DNA of 63,843 nt, the filler included, from Chiloscyllium plagiosum (taxonomy: Eukaryota): the NCBI RefSeq assembly GCF_004010195.1. It is 5 parts of one record of this genome, joined end to end, with 100 filler letters (N's around TTAATTAATTAA, not from the genome) between each part and the next. Parts side by side here need not be neighbours in the genome. Positions count along the whole stretch, not along the records: positions 61,081 to 63,843 come from NC_057715.1; 4 more parts are not named here. One strand, 5' to 3'. The first letter of the stretch is position 1. Every line of letters begins with the position of its first letter. Made by a program: the position numbers and the translations under genes. Shown here piece by piece: positions 61,648-63,843 of the stretch. Below the pieces are notes generated by a model. That model ran no database searches, was not told where the DNA came from, and saw only the letters and a list, made by a program, of their open reading frames with translations.

Positions 61648-63544
61648 CATAGAGATATACAGCATGGAAACAGACCCTTCGGCTCAACATGTCCATGCTG
61701 ACCAGATTTCCCAACCCAATCTGGTCCCACCTGCCAGCACCTGGCCCATATGCCTCTAAACCTTTCCTATTCATATACCCATCCTGATGCCTTTTAAATG
61801 TTGCAATTGTACCAGCCTCCACCACTTCCTCCGGCAGCTCATTCCATACACGTACCACTCTCTGTGTGAAAAGGTTGCCTTTGGTCTCTTTTATATCTTT
61901 CCCCTCTCACACTAAACCTATGCCATCTAGTTCTGGACTCCCCCACCCCAGGGAAAAGACTTTGTCTATTTATCCTATCCATGCCCCTCATAATTTTATA
62001 AACCTCTATAATGTCACCCCTCAGCCTCCAGAGAAAATAGCCTCTATTCAACCTCTCCCTATAGCTCAAATCCTCCAACCCTGGCAACATCCTTGTAAAT
62101 CTTTTCTGAACCCTTTAAAGTTTCACAACATCCTTCCGATAGGAAGGAGACCAGAACTGCACGCAATATTTCAACAGTGGCTTAACCAATGTTCTGTACA
62201 GCCGTAACATGACAACCCAACTCCTGTACTCAATACTCTGAACAATAAAGGAAAGCATACCAAATGCCTTCTCCACTATCCTATCTACCTGCGATTCCAC
62301 TTTCAAGGAGCTATGAATCTGCACTCCAAGGTATCTTTGTTCAGCAACACTCCCTAGGACCTTACCATTAAATGTATAAGTCCTACTCTGATTTGCTTTT
62401 CGAAAATGCAGCACCTCGCATTTATCTAAATTAATCTCCATCTGCCACTTCTCAGCCCATTGGCCCATCTGATCAAGATCCCATTGTAATCTGACGTAAC
62501 CTTCTTCACTGTCTACTACACCTCCAATTTTGGTGTCATCTGCAAACTTATTAACTGTACCTTTTATGCTCACATCCAAATCATTTATATAAATGATGAA
62601 AAGTAGTGGACCGAGCACTGATCCTTGTGGTGCTCCACTGGTCACAAGCCTCCAGTCTGAAAAACAACCCTCCACCACCACTCTCTGTCTTCTACCTTTG
62701 AGCCAGTTCTGTGTCCAAATGACGAGTTCTCCCTGTATTCCATGAGATCTAACCTTGGTCACCAGTCTCCCATGGGAAATCTTGTCAAACACCTTACTGA
62801 AGTCCATATAGATCACATCTACAACTCTGCCCTCATCAATCCTCTTTGTTACTTCTTCAAAAAACTCAAATTTATGGGAAATGATTTCCCACACATAAAG
62901 CCATGTTGACTATCCCTAATCAGTTCTTGCCTTTCCAAATACATGTACATAGAGTCATAGAGATGTACAGCATGGAAACAGACCCTTTGGTCCAACCCGT
63001 CCATGCCGACCAGATATCCCAACCCAATCTAGTCCTACCTGCCAGCTCACGGCCCATATCCCTCCAAACCCTTCCTATTCATATACCCATACAAATGCCT
63101 CTTAAATGTTGCAATCATATCAGCCTCCACCACTTCCTCTGGCAGCTCATTCCATACGCGCACCACCCTCTGTGTGAAAACTTTGCCCCTTAGGTCTCTT
63201 TTATATCTTTCCCCTCTCACCTTACACCTATGCCCTCTAGTTTTGGACTCCCTAACCCAGGGAAAAGACTTTGCCTATTTATCCTATCCATGCCCCTCAT
63301 AATGTTGTAAACCTCTATAAGGTCACTCCTCAGCCTCTGACGCTCCAGGGAAAACAGCCCCAGTCTCTTCAGCCTCTCCCTATAGCTCAAATTTCCTCCA
63401 ACAACTTGCCCACCACCGACGTCAGGTTCATTAGTCTGTAGTTCCCTAGCTTGTCCTTACCACCTTCCTTCAATAGTGGCACCACGTTAGCCAACCTGCA
63501 GTCTTCCGGCACCTCACCTGTGACTATCGATGATACAAATATCT
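61648..63544 (-). mobile_element. CR1 LINE RT and 3' end, with a second same-family 3' fragment nested at about 62948-63392
   Basis: DVIYMDFSKVFDK...SGAPQGSVLGPLLF.IYINDL...FADDTK; a second tail (catagagtcatagag) at 62948. Confidence 0.92.
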
Positions 63545-63843
63545 TTGATCAGAACTTTGGATCCAGTCCTTCAGAGCTCCCTACGCACCCTCATCCCACG
63601 TACTTCTCGTGTAAGCGACTCCTACTGCCTTCCAAAGGTACACAAAGCCAACACACCGGGACGTCCCATCGTGTTGGGAAATGGGACCCTATGTGAGAAT
63701 CTCTCTGGCTATATGGAAGGCATCTTGAAACCTATTGTACAGGGGATCTCCAGCTTCTGTCGCGACACTACGGATTTCTTACAGAAACTCAGCACCCATG
63801 GACCAGTCGAACCAGGAACATTCCTCGTCACAATGGATGTTTC
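63545..63843 (+). mobile_element. Penelope-like reverse transcriptase fragment (open frame to the window end)
   Basis: My translation, not in the ORF track: LIRTLDPVLQSSLRTLIPRTSRVSDSYCLPKVHKANTPGRPIVLGNGTLCENLSGYMEGILKPIVQGISSFCRDTTDFLQKL...GTFLVTMDV. It carries the PLE RT motifs LPK.HK...GRPIV and LVTMDV. Confidence 0.9.

Overview
Eukaryotic, repeat-dense vertebrate DNA. The repeat families (HE1-like tRNA/V-SINEs, HER1-like CR1 LINEs, SacSINE1-like Deu-SINEs) point to a shark or other elasmobranch (inference). The only host coding sequence I can support is the first coding exon of FHL2 (minus strand, exon 5038-5219, CDS 5038-5193). A candidate non-coding first exon and muscle/cardiac-type promoter (CArG, GATA, MEF2/TATA-like, CRE-like sites) lies at about 20.4-20.7 kb, and a second perfect CArG box lies at 5543. 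The rest is intronic or upstream DNA packed with CR1, L2-like, L1, Tx1, Penelope-like (PLE), Gypsy-like LTR and pogo/Tigger-like elements, many of them nested. The main unexplained structure is a set of very short (about 140-240 bp) fold-back PLE-derived insertions. Five have exact 14-16 bp target-site duplications, and their arms carry minimal hammerhead ribozyme cores pointing outward from the symmetry centre. Also notable: three diverged CR1 5' UTRs share a covarying RNA hairpin plus branch-point-like motif and dense splice donors, and an apparent promoter-module swap between CR1 families. Four 100-bp gaps contain an artificial TTAATTAATTAA linker, so adjacency across them is unverified. 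All repeat family names come from motif recognition, not database searches.
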